A stretch of DNA of 64,000 nt from Cyclonatronaceae bacterium (GTDB taxonomy: Bacteria > Bacteroidota > Rhodothermia > Balneolales > Cyclonatronaceae), in contig JBLRWO010000009.1 in assembly GCA_047921215.1 (NCBI GenBank), positions 35,690 to 99,689 of the forward strand, read 5' to 3'. Shown here in pieces: positions 18,800 to 28,271 of the stretch. The notes below the pieces were generated by a model, which saw nothing but the letters and a program-made list of their open reading frames with translations, had not been told where the DNA came from and ran no database searches. Each line of letters starts with the position of its first letter. Position 1 is the first letter of the stretch. Position numbers and translations under genes: made by a program.

Positions 18800-21298
18800 T
18801 TACTTGCTGTTGTGTCTCTTTTTGGCCTTCTCGCCTGATTTGTCTAATTCACAGCCCCAGATTTCGGTTGCGTATTCAAATATGGTGCGGTCTGAAGAGA
18901 ATTTACCGATGCGGGCCGTGTTGTGTATGGCCATTTTGAACCAGTCCTGCGGTTTTTTATACAATGCTTCCACCTTTTTTTGCGTATTGGAATAGGCCTT
19001 GAAATCGGCACATACCATGAAGTAGTCGCCGCCGTCTGTTAATGCATGGACAATAGTGTGGAACAGATCCGGGTTATCCGGGCTGAAAAAACCATCTCTG
19101 ATCTGTTCAATGGCCTGCTTCAGCTCCTTATTGTCATTCAGATAGTCCCAGGGGTTGTATCCCTCATTGCGAAGGCGTTCGATTTCATCAACCGTGAGGC
19201 CAAATATGAAGATGTTATCATCTCCGACTTCTTCTTTTATCTCAATATTTGCGCCGTCGAGTGTACCGATGGTTATAGCGCCGTTCAGGGCAAATTTCAT
19301 ATTTCCTGTACCCGATGCTTCCATTCCGGCGGTGGAAATTTGTTCTGAAAGATCGGCAGCCGGAATAAGGCGTTCGGCCAGCGACACACTGTAATCGGGC
19401 AGGAACAGGCACTTAAGCTTGTCGCCAACATCCGGATCGTTGTTGATCACATCGGCGATGGAGTTGATCAGTTTGATGTGCATTTTGGCCATGGTATAAC
19501 CGGGGGCCGCTTTACCTGCAAAAAGTACCGTTCTTGGCTGAAACGGCGCGTCGGGATTGGCTTTAATTCGATTGTACAAAACAACGGTGTGCAGAGCGGC
19601 CATCAGTTGACGCTTGTACTCATGAATCCGCTTGATCTGAATGTCGAAAATGGAGTTGATATTCAGACGAACACCCATTCTACCTTCAACGTAATTGGCA
19701 AGACGTTTTTTATTCTCCTTTTTGATGGCAGAAAATGCCTTCACAAAAGCCTTGTCGCCGGCGAATTTGTCGAGTTCTTTCAACTCGTACAGAGCATTGA
19801 CCCACCCTTTGCCAATTTTATCGGTTATAAGGGTCGCCAGGGCGGGGTTGCATTGTTTGAGCCACCGCCGGGGTGTAATCCCGTTGGTTTTATTAGTGAA
19901 TTTTTCGGGCCACAACTCATAGAAATCCCTGAAAATTGTTTTCACGATCAGCTCGGAATGTAACTGCGCCACTCCGTTTACCTTATGGGAGCCAACGATA
20001 CCCAGATTGGCCATCTGCACACTGGGCTGCTCGCCCTCGCTTATGATCGACATTCTGCGTACCCGGCTGAGATCATCCCCGAATTTATCATGAACCGTAT
20101 TCAGAAAGCGTTTATTGATCTCATAGATTATCTGCAAATGTCGCGGCAAGAGTGACCGTACAAGCGAGACCGGCCATCTCTCCAGGGCCTCCGGCAGCAC
20201 CGTGTGGTTGGTGTAGGCCATCGTTTTGGTTGTGATACCCCAGCTGGTATCCCAGTCCAGCCCCTCCTCGTCCATGAGCAGACGCATCATTTCGGGAATT
20301 GCCAGGTTTGGATGGGTATCGTTGCACTGTACCGCTACTTTTTCGGGCAGTTTTCTCAGGTCACTGTTGCTTTTTTTGAAGCGTTCCATGATGTCCTGAA
20401 GCGTGGCCGAAACCAAAAAGTACTCCTGCTTCAGGCGCAGCTCCTGACCCACAAACACCTTGTCGTTAGGGTACAGAATACGGGAGATATTCTCATGCAG
20501 TTCCATATCCCGGACCGCCTCGATATAATCACCCTGGTTGAACCGGCTAAGATCCAGCGAAGTGGTGGACGTGGCTTTCCAGAGCCTGAGATTATTGACC
20601 ACTTCATTCTGGTAGCCTGGTACCGGCATATCATGGGCAAGAGCAAATACATCCTGAGTATCGACCCAGCGAAACCGTAGATCACCCTTTTCATCTGTAT
20701 AGGGCACCGAACGGCCGTGAAATTTGACTCTCCGCACCAGTTTAGCCCTAGGGCGGTCCCAGGGGAAACCATACTGAAGCCAGTTGTCGGGTTGTTCAAC
20801 CTGATAACCGTTCACTATCTGCTGATGGAAAATTCCGTAGTCATAACGGATTCCGTACCCGTACCCGGCAATGCCGAGTGTAGCCATTGAATCCAGAAAG
20901 CAGGCGGCAAGCCTGCCCAGTCCGCCATTGCCAAGTGCCGCATCCTGCTCGGTTTCCCTAATCTGATCATAGTCGAGGCCGAGCGATTCAACGGCTTCAC
21001 GGGTTTCATCCATGATGCCCAGATTAATCAGGGCATTGTCGAGAAGCCTGCCGATCAGGAACTCCATGGATATATAATACACCCTTTTGGAATCCTCCTT
21101 ATAGTACCCCTGCTGGGTTTTAAGCCATTTATCGTGCAACCTGTCGCGAACAGACAGTACCACACTTTTGTAGATATCCCAATCCGACGCCGAGTGTTCA
21201 TCGCATGCCAGAGTAAACCGCAAATGATTGGAAATATCCCGCTTTATGGACTCCACGTCCATGCCTGTCCTTGTGATCGATTCTGTAATTTTTGACAT
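18800..21298 (-). CDS. glgP: Glycogen/starch/alpha-glucan phosphorylase
   Basis: 832 aa. It carries EASGTGNMKFALNGA (the PLP-Lys motif) and the N-terminal family pattern. Confidence 0.95.
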   Translation of the reverse strand: MSKITESITRTGMDVESIKRDISNHLRFTLACDEHSASDWDIYKSVVLSVRDRLHDKWLKTQQGYYKEDSKRVYYISMEFLIGRLLDNALINLGIMDETREAVESLGLDYDQIRETEQDAALGNGGLGRLAACFLDSMATLGIAGYGYGIRYDYGIFHQQIVNGYQVEQPDNWLQYGFPWDRPRAKLVRRVKFHGRSVPYTDEKGDLRFRWVDTQDVFALAHDMPVPGYQNEVVNNLRLWKATSTTSLDLSRFNQGDYIEAVRDMELHENISRILYPNDKVFVGQELRLKQEYFLVSATLQDIMERFKKSNSDLRKLPEKVAVQCNDTHPNLAIPEMMRLLMDEEGLDWDTSWGITTKTMAYTNHTVLPEALERWPVSLVRSLLPRHLQIIYEINKRFLNTVHDKFGDDLSRVRRMSIISEGEQPSVQMANLGIVGSHKVNGVAQLHSELIVKTIFRDFYELWPEKFTNKTNGITPRRWLKQCNPALATLITDKIGKGWVNALYELKELDKFAGDKAFVKAFSAIKKENKKRLANYVEGRMGVRLNINSIFDIQIKRIHEYKRQLMAALHTVVLYNRIKANPDAPFQPRTVLFAGKAAPGYTMAKMHIKLINSIADVINNDPDVGDKLKCLFLPDYSVSLAERLIPAADLSEQISTAGMEASGTGNMKFALNGAITIGTLDGANIEIKEEVGDDNIFIFGLTVDEIERLRNEGYNPWDYLNDNKELKQAIEQIRDGFFSPDNPDLFHTIVHALTDGGDYFMVCADFKAYSNTQKKVEALYKKPQDWFKMAIHNTARIGKFSSDRTIFEYATEIWGCELDKSGEKAKKRHNSK

Positions 21299-21437
21299 AA
21301 TTGCTTCTGATATAACTTCTGATATGATTGAAACCGCTACAACTGCAGCGGTGGATATTTAAAAAATGCATTCAGGGCGACACGACAGGTCTTTGAATCT
21401 AAGCACGGAACTGAGCTCTGTTACGATGAATCCAATA

Positions 21438-22316
21438 CTATCTGCGATACACGCCCGTATCCGGTTTAAACCCCGGTCTGGTGATGTTGGTTTTATAGTT
21501 GTTTTGCACAAAATAGTGATATGCGTCCAATGCTACGAATTCTTGTTCAAAAAAACCAAAAACCGACGAGCCGCTGCCGCTCATGGCAGCAAATACGGCA
21601 CCCATATCATATAACTGATCTTTCATGTTACCAATCAGGGGGAAGCGTGGTATTACTGCCGGTTCAAGATCGTTGTCGATCAGATACCGCCATTCATCCG
21701 GATTGTATTCGGTCAGTATTTTTTCAAGGCTGATATCCGGACTGCCGGTTGGCATACAATTTGCGTAAGCTTCTGCCGTGTTGCTTTCAAAGCCCGGGTA
21801 TACGGTTAAAATCCAGGCCCTGGGCTGGATGGGAAGGAATTGCAACGTGGTTCCTGTACCCGTACCGATTCCCGTTTTTCCGGATATCATCACCGGCACA
21901 TCTGCACCAAGTGCGGCACCGATACCTGCCAGCTGCTCATCGTTAAGTCCTGCCTGCTCCATTTTGTTCAGAATTCTGAGCATCGCCGCGGCATCTGCAC
22001 TTCCTCCGCCAAGACCCGCTCCGAGCGGGATATTTTTCCGCACGTGTACCAGGTAGTGCTTCCTGATGCCCGTAGCTTTTCTGAATGCTTCTGCAGCCCT
22101 TACAATCAGGTTATCTTTACCTGCCGGTATTTCAAGGCCTTCGCTGTGAACCGTCGTTGCCGTGTCGTGGCTAACTTCAAGCTGATCATTCCACTCGATA
22201 AAGCAGAACCCGGTTTCCAGTTCATGGTATCCGCTGGGTATGCGTCCGATTATTTTGAGCCCCAGGTTGATTTTTGCAAAGGCCGTACTTACCCAAACAT
22301 CTGTTTGATCTGTCAT
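21438..22316 (-). CDS. ispE: 4-(cytidine 5'-diphospho)-2-C-methyl-D-erythritol kinase
   Basis: AFAKINLGLKIIGR and the GHMP kinase motif PLGAGLGGGSADAAA. Confidence 0.9.
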   Translation of the reverse strand: MTDQTDVWVSTAFAKINLGLKIIGRIPSGYHELETGFCFIEWNDQLEVSHDTATTVHSEGLEIPAGKDNLIVRAAEAFRKATGIRKHYLVHVRKNIPLGAGLGGGSADAAAMLRILNKMEQAGLNDEQLAGIGAALGADVPVMISGKTGIGTGTGTTLQFLPIQPRAWILTVYPGFESNTAEAYANCMPTGSPDISLEKILTEYNPDEWRYLIDNDLEPAVIPRFPLIGNMKDQLYDMGAVFAAMSGSGSSVFGFFEQEFVALDAYHYFVQNNYKTNITRPGFKPDTGVYRR

Positions 22317-23734
22317 AGCTCCTGTTTCAGAACCTCATCCTTGATTTTATACGCATATTCCTTCGCGGCCTCCACGGTGTTGGGAATTTCTCCCTCCAGT
22401 ATGGCAGCTTCAACAGCGTTTTTTATTTTTCCTACATCCGGTCCCGGCTTCATGGAAAACATGTCCATGATCTCTTTACCGCCAATCGGTGGTTTCCAGT
22501 TTCTGAGCTTGTCTTTTTCGTCGACTTCACGGATTCTGTTTTCAACGCTGTCGAAATTGGCCAGAAACTGCTTTACTTTCCGGTCATTTTTACTGGTGAT
22601 ATCGGCCCGGCAGAGCATCATCAGGTCCTCAATGTCTTCGCCGGCATCCACCAGCAACCTGCGGATGGCACTGTCGGTTACTTCTTCACTGACCAGGGCG
22701 ATGGGTCTGAGATGCAGCCTTACAAGTTTCTGAACATATTTCAACCGTGAGTCAAGCGGCAGGCCGAGCCGTCGGAATATGCGCCGGGTCATGGTGGCAC
22801 CAATCGCATCATGGCCGTGAAAGGTCCAGCCATGCTCCTCGGTAAAACGCTGTGTGGCCGGCTTGCCGATGTCGTGCACGATGGCCGCCCAGCGCAGCCA
22901 CAGATTCGGCGTAACCCTGCTGATATTATCGAGCACCTGAAGGGTATGCCAGAAATTATCTTTGTGGCGAACCCCTTCAACTTCCCTGACACCATGAAGT
23001 TCAACCAGTTCCGGGAAAATGTGTTGCAACAGGCCGGCTTCAAACAATATCCGGAAACCCACCGATGGCACCGGGCTGAGTACGATTTTGTTCAGTTCAT
23101 CAATGATCCGTTCTTTTGACACGATTTCAATTCTCCCGGCCATCATTTTTATTGCTGCGAAGGTATTCGCTTCAATTTCAAAACCGAGCTGAGATGCGAA
23201 CCTTGCAGCACGCATCATACGAAGCGGATCGTCGTTAAAGGTAATTTCGGGATCAACCGGAGTTCTGATGATATTTCTTTCCAGATCGTCCAAACCGCCA
23301 AACGGGTCTATCAGTTCGCCATAATTCTCTTCATTCAACGACCACGACATCGCATTGATGGTAAAATCCCTGCGGTTCTGGTCATCTTCCATCGATCCGT
23401 CTTCCACAACAGGTTTGCGCGAATCACGGCTGTAACTCTCTTTTCTTGCACCCACAAACTCGAGATCAAGCCCTTTATAGCTGATATGTGCTGTGCCAAA
23501 CTGCCTGAAAATACTAATTTGCTTTGTCTTGAGAGCGGCAGCAACAGCAGTGGCCAGTTCAATACCCGAGCCGATCGTAACAAAATCAATATCGGTTCTA
23601 TCCTGCCCGTGCAGGCGCCCGAGATAATAATCCCTGACATAACCGCCTACCACATAAGCAGACTGTTCAAGGGCAGATGCTGCCCCTGATACAATTTTAA
23701 ATATTGATTGGTGTTTACTGTCTATATCTTGCAA
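22313..23734 (-). CDS. cca: CCA tRNA nucleotidyltransferase / poly(A) polymerase family protein with HD domain
   Basis: GGYVRDYYLG..DIDF is the polymerase-beta nucleotidyltransferase head. HDIGKP is the HD domain. 473 aa. There is a 4-nt overlap with ispE. Confidence 0.85.
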   Translation of the reverse strand: MQDIDSKHQSIFKIVSGAASALEQSAYVVGGYVRDYYLGRLHGQDRTDIDFVTIGSGIELATAVAAALKTKQISIFRQFGTAHISYKGLDLEFVGARKESYSRDSRKPVVEDGSMEDDQNRRDFTINAMSWSLNEENYGELIDPFGGLDDLERNIIRTPVDPEITFNDDPLRMMRAARFASQLGFEIEANTFAAIKMMAGRIEIVSKERIIDELNKIVLSPVPSVGFRILFEAGLLQHIFPELVELHGVREVEGVRHKDNFWHTLQVLDNISRVTPNLWLRWAAIVHDIGKPATQRFTEEHGWTFHGHDAIGATMTRRIFRRLGLPLDSRLKYVQKLVRLHLRPIALVSEEVTDSAIRRLLVDAGEDIEDLMMLCRADITSKNDRKVKQFLANFDSVENRIREVDEKDKLRNWKPPIGGKEIMDMFSMKPGPDVGKIKNAVEAAILEGEIPNTVEAAKEYAYKIKDEVLKQEL

Positions 23735-23828
23735 ACCGTCTTATCTTTTGTTCCGTCAAAAATAAAACAAAATCAGATGCTAATCAGATGATTGCATTGA
23801 ATATTTTACGCTTTTCCTGGTATCCGTT

Positions 23829-24773
23829 TTGAAGAACAGAAAAAGTGATCTGAGCAGGAAAGCCATAACGATCAGTCTGATCGTCTCTTTCTTCTCATTT
23901 ACGGCCAAGGCAGCCGGGTATCTTTTAACCGGCTCCAACACCGTTCTGTCCGATTTGGCCGAATCGGTGGTTCATTTGCTGGCCGTGTCGTTCGCCATGT
24001 ACGGGGTGTTTCTGCGCAGTAAACCGGCTGACGAAAAACACAGCTATGGCCACGAACGGATCAGCCTGTTGACGGTTGGCGCAGAGGGAGTGGTCATTGT
24101 GCTGGCGGGGCTCACCATTATCTACCAATCGGTTAAAAATCTCCTCTTCGGGCTTGAGATCACCCGTATTTATGAAGGGATGGCTTTTATGACCGCTGCT
24201 GCGCTGATCAACCTTGTTCTGGGGCTGTACCTGGTAAGAACCGGGAAAAAAGAGCGCAACATGATTGTTTACAGCAACGGCAAACATACCCTTACCGATG
24301 TATATACCAGCGGCGGGGTAGTTCTCACCCTGCTGCTTATCTCCATTACCGGCCTGGTGATTCTGGACGCAATAGTTGCGGTTGCAGTTGCCATATTTAT
24401 CATGTATGAAGGCAAGAAACTGGTCAGTTACTCACTGGATGGCATTATGGACAGCGTTGATCCCGAAGCAGATCTCATCATCAGGAACATTCTGAACGGG
24501 GATGATATACCCGGCCATATCAAAGACTGGCACAACCTGCGGCACCGCACCACCGGCAGCGTAACCTGGATCGAACTCCACCTTCTTTTTGAAAAGGATA
24601 TCGACTTGCAGACCGCTCACGACGAGGCCACAGCACTTGAAAAAAAACTGATGAGCGCCATTCAGGGGGATGTGATCGTAACCATTCATCTCGAACCCGA
24701 AGAAACCCATGCCAAATCACATCAGGTGTTGAAAGGCATACAGGGTAATCCCGATCTGGAGAATTTTTTCTAA
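23829..24773 (+). CDS. Cation diffusion facilitator family transporter
   Basis: Six TM helices, LSDLAESVVHLLA and HSYGHER motifs, and a C-terminal cytoplasmic domain. TTG start. Confidence 0.85.
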   Translation: MKNRKSDLSRKAITISLIVSFFSFTAKAAGYLLTGSNTVLSDLAESVVHLLAVSFAMYGVFLRSKPADEKHSYGHERISLLTVGAEGVVIVLAGLTIIYQSVKNLLFGLEITRIYEGMAFMTAAALINLVLGLYLVRTGKKERNMIVYSNGKHTLTDVYTSGGVVLTLLLISITGLVILDAIVAVAVAIFIMYEGKKLVSYSLDGIMDSVDPEADLIIRNILNGDDIPGHIKDWHNLRHRTTGSVTWIELHLLFEKDIDLQTAHDEATALEKKLMSAIQGDVIVTIHLEPEETHAKSHQVLKGIQGNPDLENFF

Positions 24774-24941
24774 TGCCCGAGCCGGTAGTGCGTGGAACCA
24801 TACCGGGTACGCTGACATTCAGTTTGCATTAGCTGATACATTGCGCAGTTACGGAACAACGGTTTTTAACATTGTATTGTGATAAATTTGGTACTATCAT
24901 CAATTCTAACTCAAACAAGTACCGCACAACTCTTCTCTGTA

Positions 24942-25376
24942 ATGGAATTACCGAAGCGATGGATGCTGGCTACCGATGGTTCAAAATATGCGAACCTTTC
25001 GGTTGAATATGCCGCACAGCTATACAAATTTATGGATCCAAAGCCGGATGTACTTATAATCAACGTAATTCCCGAGCCCGGAAAATCTGCCGGCAAGGAA
25101 ACGGATATCGCTGTAATCAAGGAAAAAGAACGTGGCAAGCAGATACTTCGTGAAGCGGTACAGCGGTTTATTGATGCCAGTGGCAGCGCTGAAACAGTGA
25201 GAACGATGGTTGCAATGGGTGAATCCAGAGAGGTTATCGTGAAAATTGCCGAGGGTAACAAAACCGATCACATCATTATGGGCGGTGCCGACTTCCGGTG
25301 GACAGATGTTATTTCAGGTGGTGTGAGCAACTATGTGCTGCATCACGCCAAATGCCTGGTTACCCTGATCAAGTAA
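24942..25376 (+). CDS. Universal stress protein (UspA family)
   Basis: WMLATDGSKYA...DHIIMGGADF...GGVSNYVLHHAKCLVTLI is the Usp fold signature. The internal ATG at 24942 is preferred over the GTG at 24879 given by the ORF track. Confidence 0.8.
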   Translation: MELPKRWMLATDGSKYANLSVEYAAQLYKFMDPKPDVLIINVIPEPGKSAGKETDIAVIKEKERGKQILREAVQRFIDASGSAETVRTMVAMGESREVIVKIAEGNKTDHIIMGGADFRWTDVISGGVSNYVLHHAKCLVTLIK

Positions 25377-25432
25377 TCAATTTATACAGCACATAACCAC
25401 AATATGCCCCGCTGTATCCTATCCGATTGCGG

Positions 25433-26428
25433 TTATCCTTCAATTTCGGAGTGATCACCCAGATGGGCAGAACCCGCAAATCCATTCACCGACGCATAAC
25501 TGCCGATCGAAGAATTTTTCAGGACTGAACTTTGAATCATAGCGTGGTCCTGCACGATGGTGTACTCGAGGGTGCTGTCGTGTATTTCGGTCCCGGTTTC
25601 CAGGCTCACGTGAGGACCAACACGGCTGTTATTAATGACCACTCCTTCAGGTATGTAAACAGGTTCAATAATTTCTGATCCGCTCACATCACCCCGAACC
25701 TGATGTTTCTCTTTTTCAAGAATTACACCGGTGGTTTCAAGCCATGCCGGTATGGTGCCACAGTCGAGCCACTCATCAACGGTGGCCGCCTTGAACACCT
25801 TGCCCCCTTTCAGCAAGCGGTCGATGGCGTCGGTCAGCTGAAACTCATTTCCGTGGCCTTTAATGTCGTTGTCGAGCAGATATTTAATCTCCGAACGCAG
25901 TTCTGCACCGTCCTTAAAATAGTATACTCCTATGATGGCCATCCGTGATATGGGTTCACTGGGTTTTTCCACAAATCCGGTTATTTTCTCACCTTCATGC
26001 AGGGCCACACCAAAGCGTGACGGATCTTCGACCTCCTTGAGCCAGATTACGCTGTCGGCATCATCCAGGGTTACCTTTCCGTCGGTGTCGAACAGGGTGT
26101 CGGCGAAAACCACGATGACCTCTCCTTCCAGGTACTTTTCAGCACAATAGACCGCATGGGCGGTGCCCAGAGCTTCATCCTGCCGGGTAAATGCAGCTTT
26201 GGCGTTGTTCCGTTTGGCCATATCGGCCAGCTTGTTCTTTATCTCATCACCGAAATCACCAAGAACGAACACGATTTCATCGATGGGGCGGTCAAGTGTT
26301 TTTGAAAACGTCTGTATTATGCGCTCAACGATCATGGTACCCGCAACAGGCAGAAGCGGTTTGGGAGTGGTATTGGAGTGTGGACGCAGACGTGTACCGC
26401 GTCCTGCCATGGGGATTATTAATTTCAT
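25433..26428 (-). CDS. Sugar-phosphate nucleotidyltransferase with C-terminal left-handed beta-helix
   Basis: MKLIIPMAGRGTRLRPHSNTTPKPLLPV is the NTP-transferase signature. The C-terminus has hexapeptide-like repeats. Substrate cannot be assigned from sequence. Confidence 0.8.
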   Translation of the reverse strand: MKLIIPMAGRGTRLRPHSNTTPKPLLPVAGTMIVERIIQTFSKTLDRPIDEIVFVLGDFGDEIKNKLADMAKRNNAKAAFTRQDEALGTAHAVYCAEKYLEGEVIVVFADTLFDTDGKVTLDDADSVIWLKEVEDPSRFGVALHEGEKITGFVEKPSEPISRMAIIGVYYFKDGAELRSEIKYLLDNDIKGHGNEFQLTDAIDRLLKGGKVFKAATVDEWLDCGTIPAWLETTGVILEKEKHQVRGDVSGSEIIEPVYIPEGVVINNSRVGPHVSLETGTEIHDSTLEYTIVQDHAMIQSSVLKNSSIGSYASVNGFAGSAHLGDHSEIEG

Positions 26429-26590
26429 CGCGCCTCTGTTTTGCTGGTAATCAATTAATTATGGTAAAGATTTATTTCTGTGTCAAAGATAGGAGAACTT
26501 GCTATTTTTGTCAGGTTAATTAAACCGAATTCCATCCCTGCAGTTGAGCACCAACAGTAACTGCTTTACGGCTAAACAGTTTCCGATCAT

Positions 26591-28234
26591 TTGAAGGTAT
26601 ATTACACAGGCATCGAATTGCTACTTTTTCTTATCGCACTGGCGGTAATATGGCATTCCTGGTTCAGGGCCCGCTATTTCTTTCAGGTTATTCAGCAGAG
26701 CGGCTACCATATCAATGAATATGCGGGGTGGCTCAGGAAAAACTGGGCGGGCAAACTTATTGGCAATGCTCATTCGGTGATCATTCCCATCTTTCTGATC
26801 GAAATGTTCGGAAGCCGGCTTACCATGACCGCTGTCACCATCATTCTGTTTGTGTTCGTTTGCTTTTTGTTCCTGCCCGGACGGCGCGAGTATACCGGTC
26901 TGCAAAAAAAGCCTGTTGTTTTCACCCCGCGATTGATCAGGATGGCTATACCGGTGTTTGTGTTGTTTCTTATTTTTCCCTGGCTTGGATATATCCAGGC
27001 TATGAGATTGGCCTTTCCCACACCTGATGCCATGATACTCACGTTCAGCTTTGTTCTGGCCGACCTGCTCATTCCTTTCTTCATACTGCTTGCCTCCGTT
27101 CTGATGTATCCGGTCGAGAAAAGCATCCAAAACGGATTCAAAAAACGCGCACGGAAAAAAATCAGGTCCATGCCCGGTCTGAAGGTAATCGCCATTACCG
27201 GCAGTTATGGAAAAACATCGACTAAATTCATCATCAAAACCCTGCTGGAAGAGCGTTTCAGTGTTTGCTACACCCCCGGCAGTTACAACACGCCGATGGG
27301 AATCTGCAAGGTTATCAACAACGACCTGAATGCGCGTCATCAGGTGCTCGTACTCGAGATGGGTGCCCGGTATGAGGGCAATATCGACGAACTTTGTTCT
27401 ATCGCACAGCCTGATGTATCTGTGGTTACTAATGTTGGCAAGGCTCATCTTGAAACCTTTGGCGACATTGATACTATTGCCCGAACCAAGGCCGCGCTTG
27501 TGCGCCATCTGAAACCGGGCGGCACTGCCGTACTGAATGCGGATGACCACAGGGTCGCCGCTATGGCCGGCCGCGACGATATCAACGTACTCACGGCAGG
27601 CATCGATGGCGGCGACATCAGAGGCAGCAATATAAGCTATGATGAGAATGGCTGCCGGTTTACGGTCGCATTGCCCGGCAATGAGCAGATGGAGATTACG
27701 ACCGGACTGCTCGGAATTCACAACGTTCAAAACATGCTGCTTGGCATTGCCACAGGTTACGTTTTCGGGCTCCGGGCCGGTACACTTCAGGTGGCGGCAC
27801 GCAGGGTTGAGCCGGTCGAGCACCGGCTTTCGTTTAAACGGGCCGACGGACTGCTCATCATCGACGATGCATTCAACTCCAACCCCACCGGTGCACGCAA
27901 TGCCGTAGATGTGCTTGCAAAGTTCAGAACCGGGCGCAGGATCATTATTACACCGGGAATGGTGGAGCTCGGTGAAGAGGAGGAGGCCGAAAACAGGAAT
28001 TTCGGCCGTCACATTGGCAGGTCCGGTCTGGATCTTGTTATACTGGTGGGGCATGATCGTTCCCGGCCGATCGTGGAGGGGTTACGTGAAACAGGGCAAC
28101 CGGATGCGGATGTACGGGTGGTCAGTACCCTGTTCGAGGCACGTGAAATACTGAACAGTTATGTGCAGGCCGGTGACGTGGTACTCTATGAAAATGACCT
28201 GCCGGATATCTACAATGAGGTTACCCTAAAATAG
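26591..28234 (+). CDS. Mur ligase family protein (MurF-like) with an N-terminal polytopic membrane domain
   Basis: Residues 1 to about 190 hold about 5 hydrophobic helices. Then comes the Mur ligase P-loop ITGSYGKTSTK, a central domain (VLEMGAR, NVGKAHLE) and a C-terminal domain (IDDAFNSNP). TTG start. It is not in a dcw context. Confidence 0.75.
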   Translation: MKVYYTGIELLLFLIALAVIWHSWFRARYFFQVIQQSGYHINEYAGWLRKNWAGKLIGNAHSVIIPIFLIEMFGSRLTMTAVTIILFVFVCFLFLPGRREYTGLQKKPVVFTPRLIRMAIPVFVLFLIFPWLGYIQAMRLAFPTPDAMILTFSFVLADLLIPFFILLASVLMYPVEKSIQNGFKKRARKKIRSMPGLKVIAITGSYGKTSTKFIIKTLLEERFSVCYTPGSYNTPMGICKVINNDLNARHQVLVLEMGARYEGNIDELCSIAQPDVSVVTNVGKAHLETFGDIDTIARTKAALVRHLKPGGTAVLNADDHRVAAMAGRDDINVLTAGIDGGDIRGSNISYDENGCRFTVALPGNEQMEITTGLLGIHNVQNMLLGIATGYVFGLRAGTLQVAARRVEPVEHRLSFKRADGLLIIDDAFNSNPTGARNAVDVLAKFRTGRRIIITPGMVELGEEEEAENRNFGRHIGRSGLDLVILVGHDRSRPIVEGLRETGQPDADVRVVSTLFEAREILNSYVQAGDVVLYENDLPDIYNEVTLK

Positions 28235-28271
28235 GCCGTTAATTACCCAGCCTTAAAGACCCATCGCGTTC

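Noticed and set aside
24879-24941. The GTG-initiated N-terminal extension of the universal stress protein ORF.
   Set aside because: The 21 extra residues (MINLVLSSILTQTSTAQLFSV) are not part of the Usp fold. The ATG at 24942 gives the canonical N-terminus immediately before the first beta-strand (WMLATDGS).
26621-28054. A 477-aa ORF on the minus strand, antisense to the Mur-ligase-like gene.
   Set aside because: It lies entirely inside a gene with clear Mur ligase motifs on the other strand. Its translation is low-complexity (Gly/Arg/His/Pro-rich) with no motifs. It is a typical shadow ORF in moderately GC-rich coding DNA.
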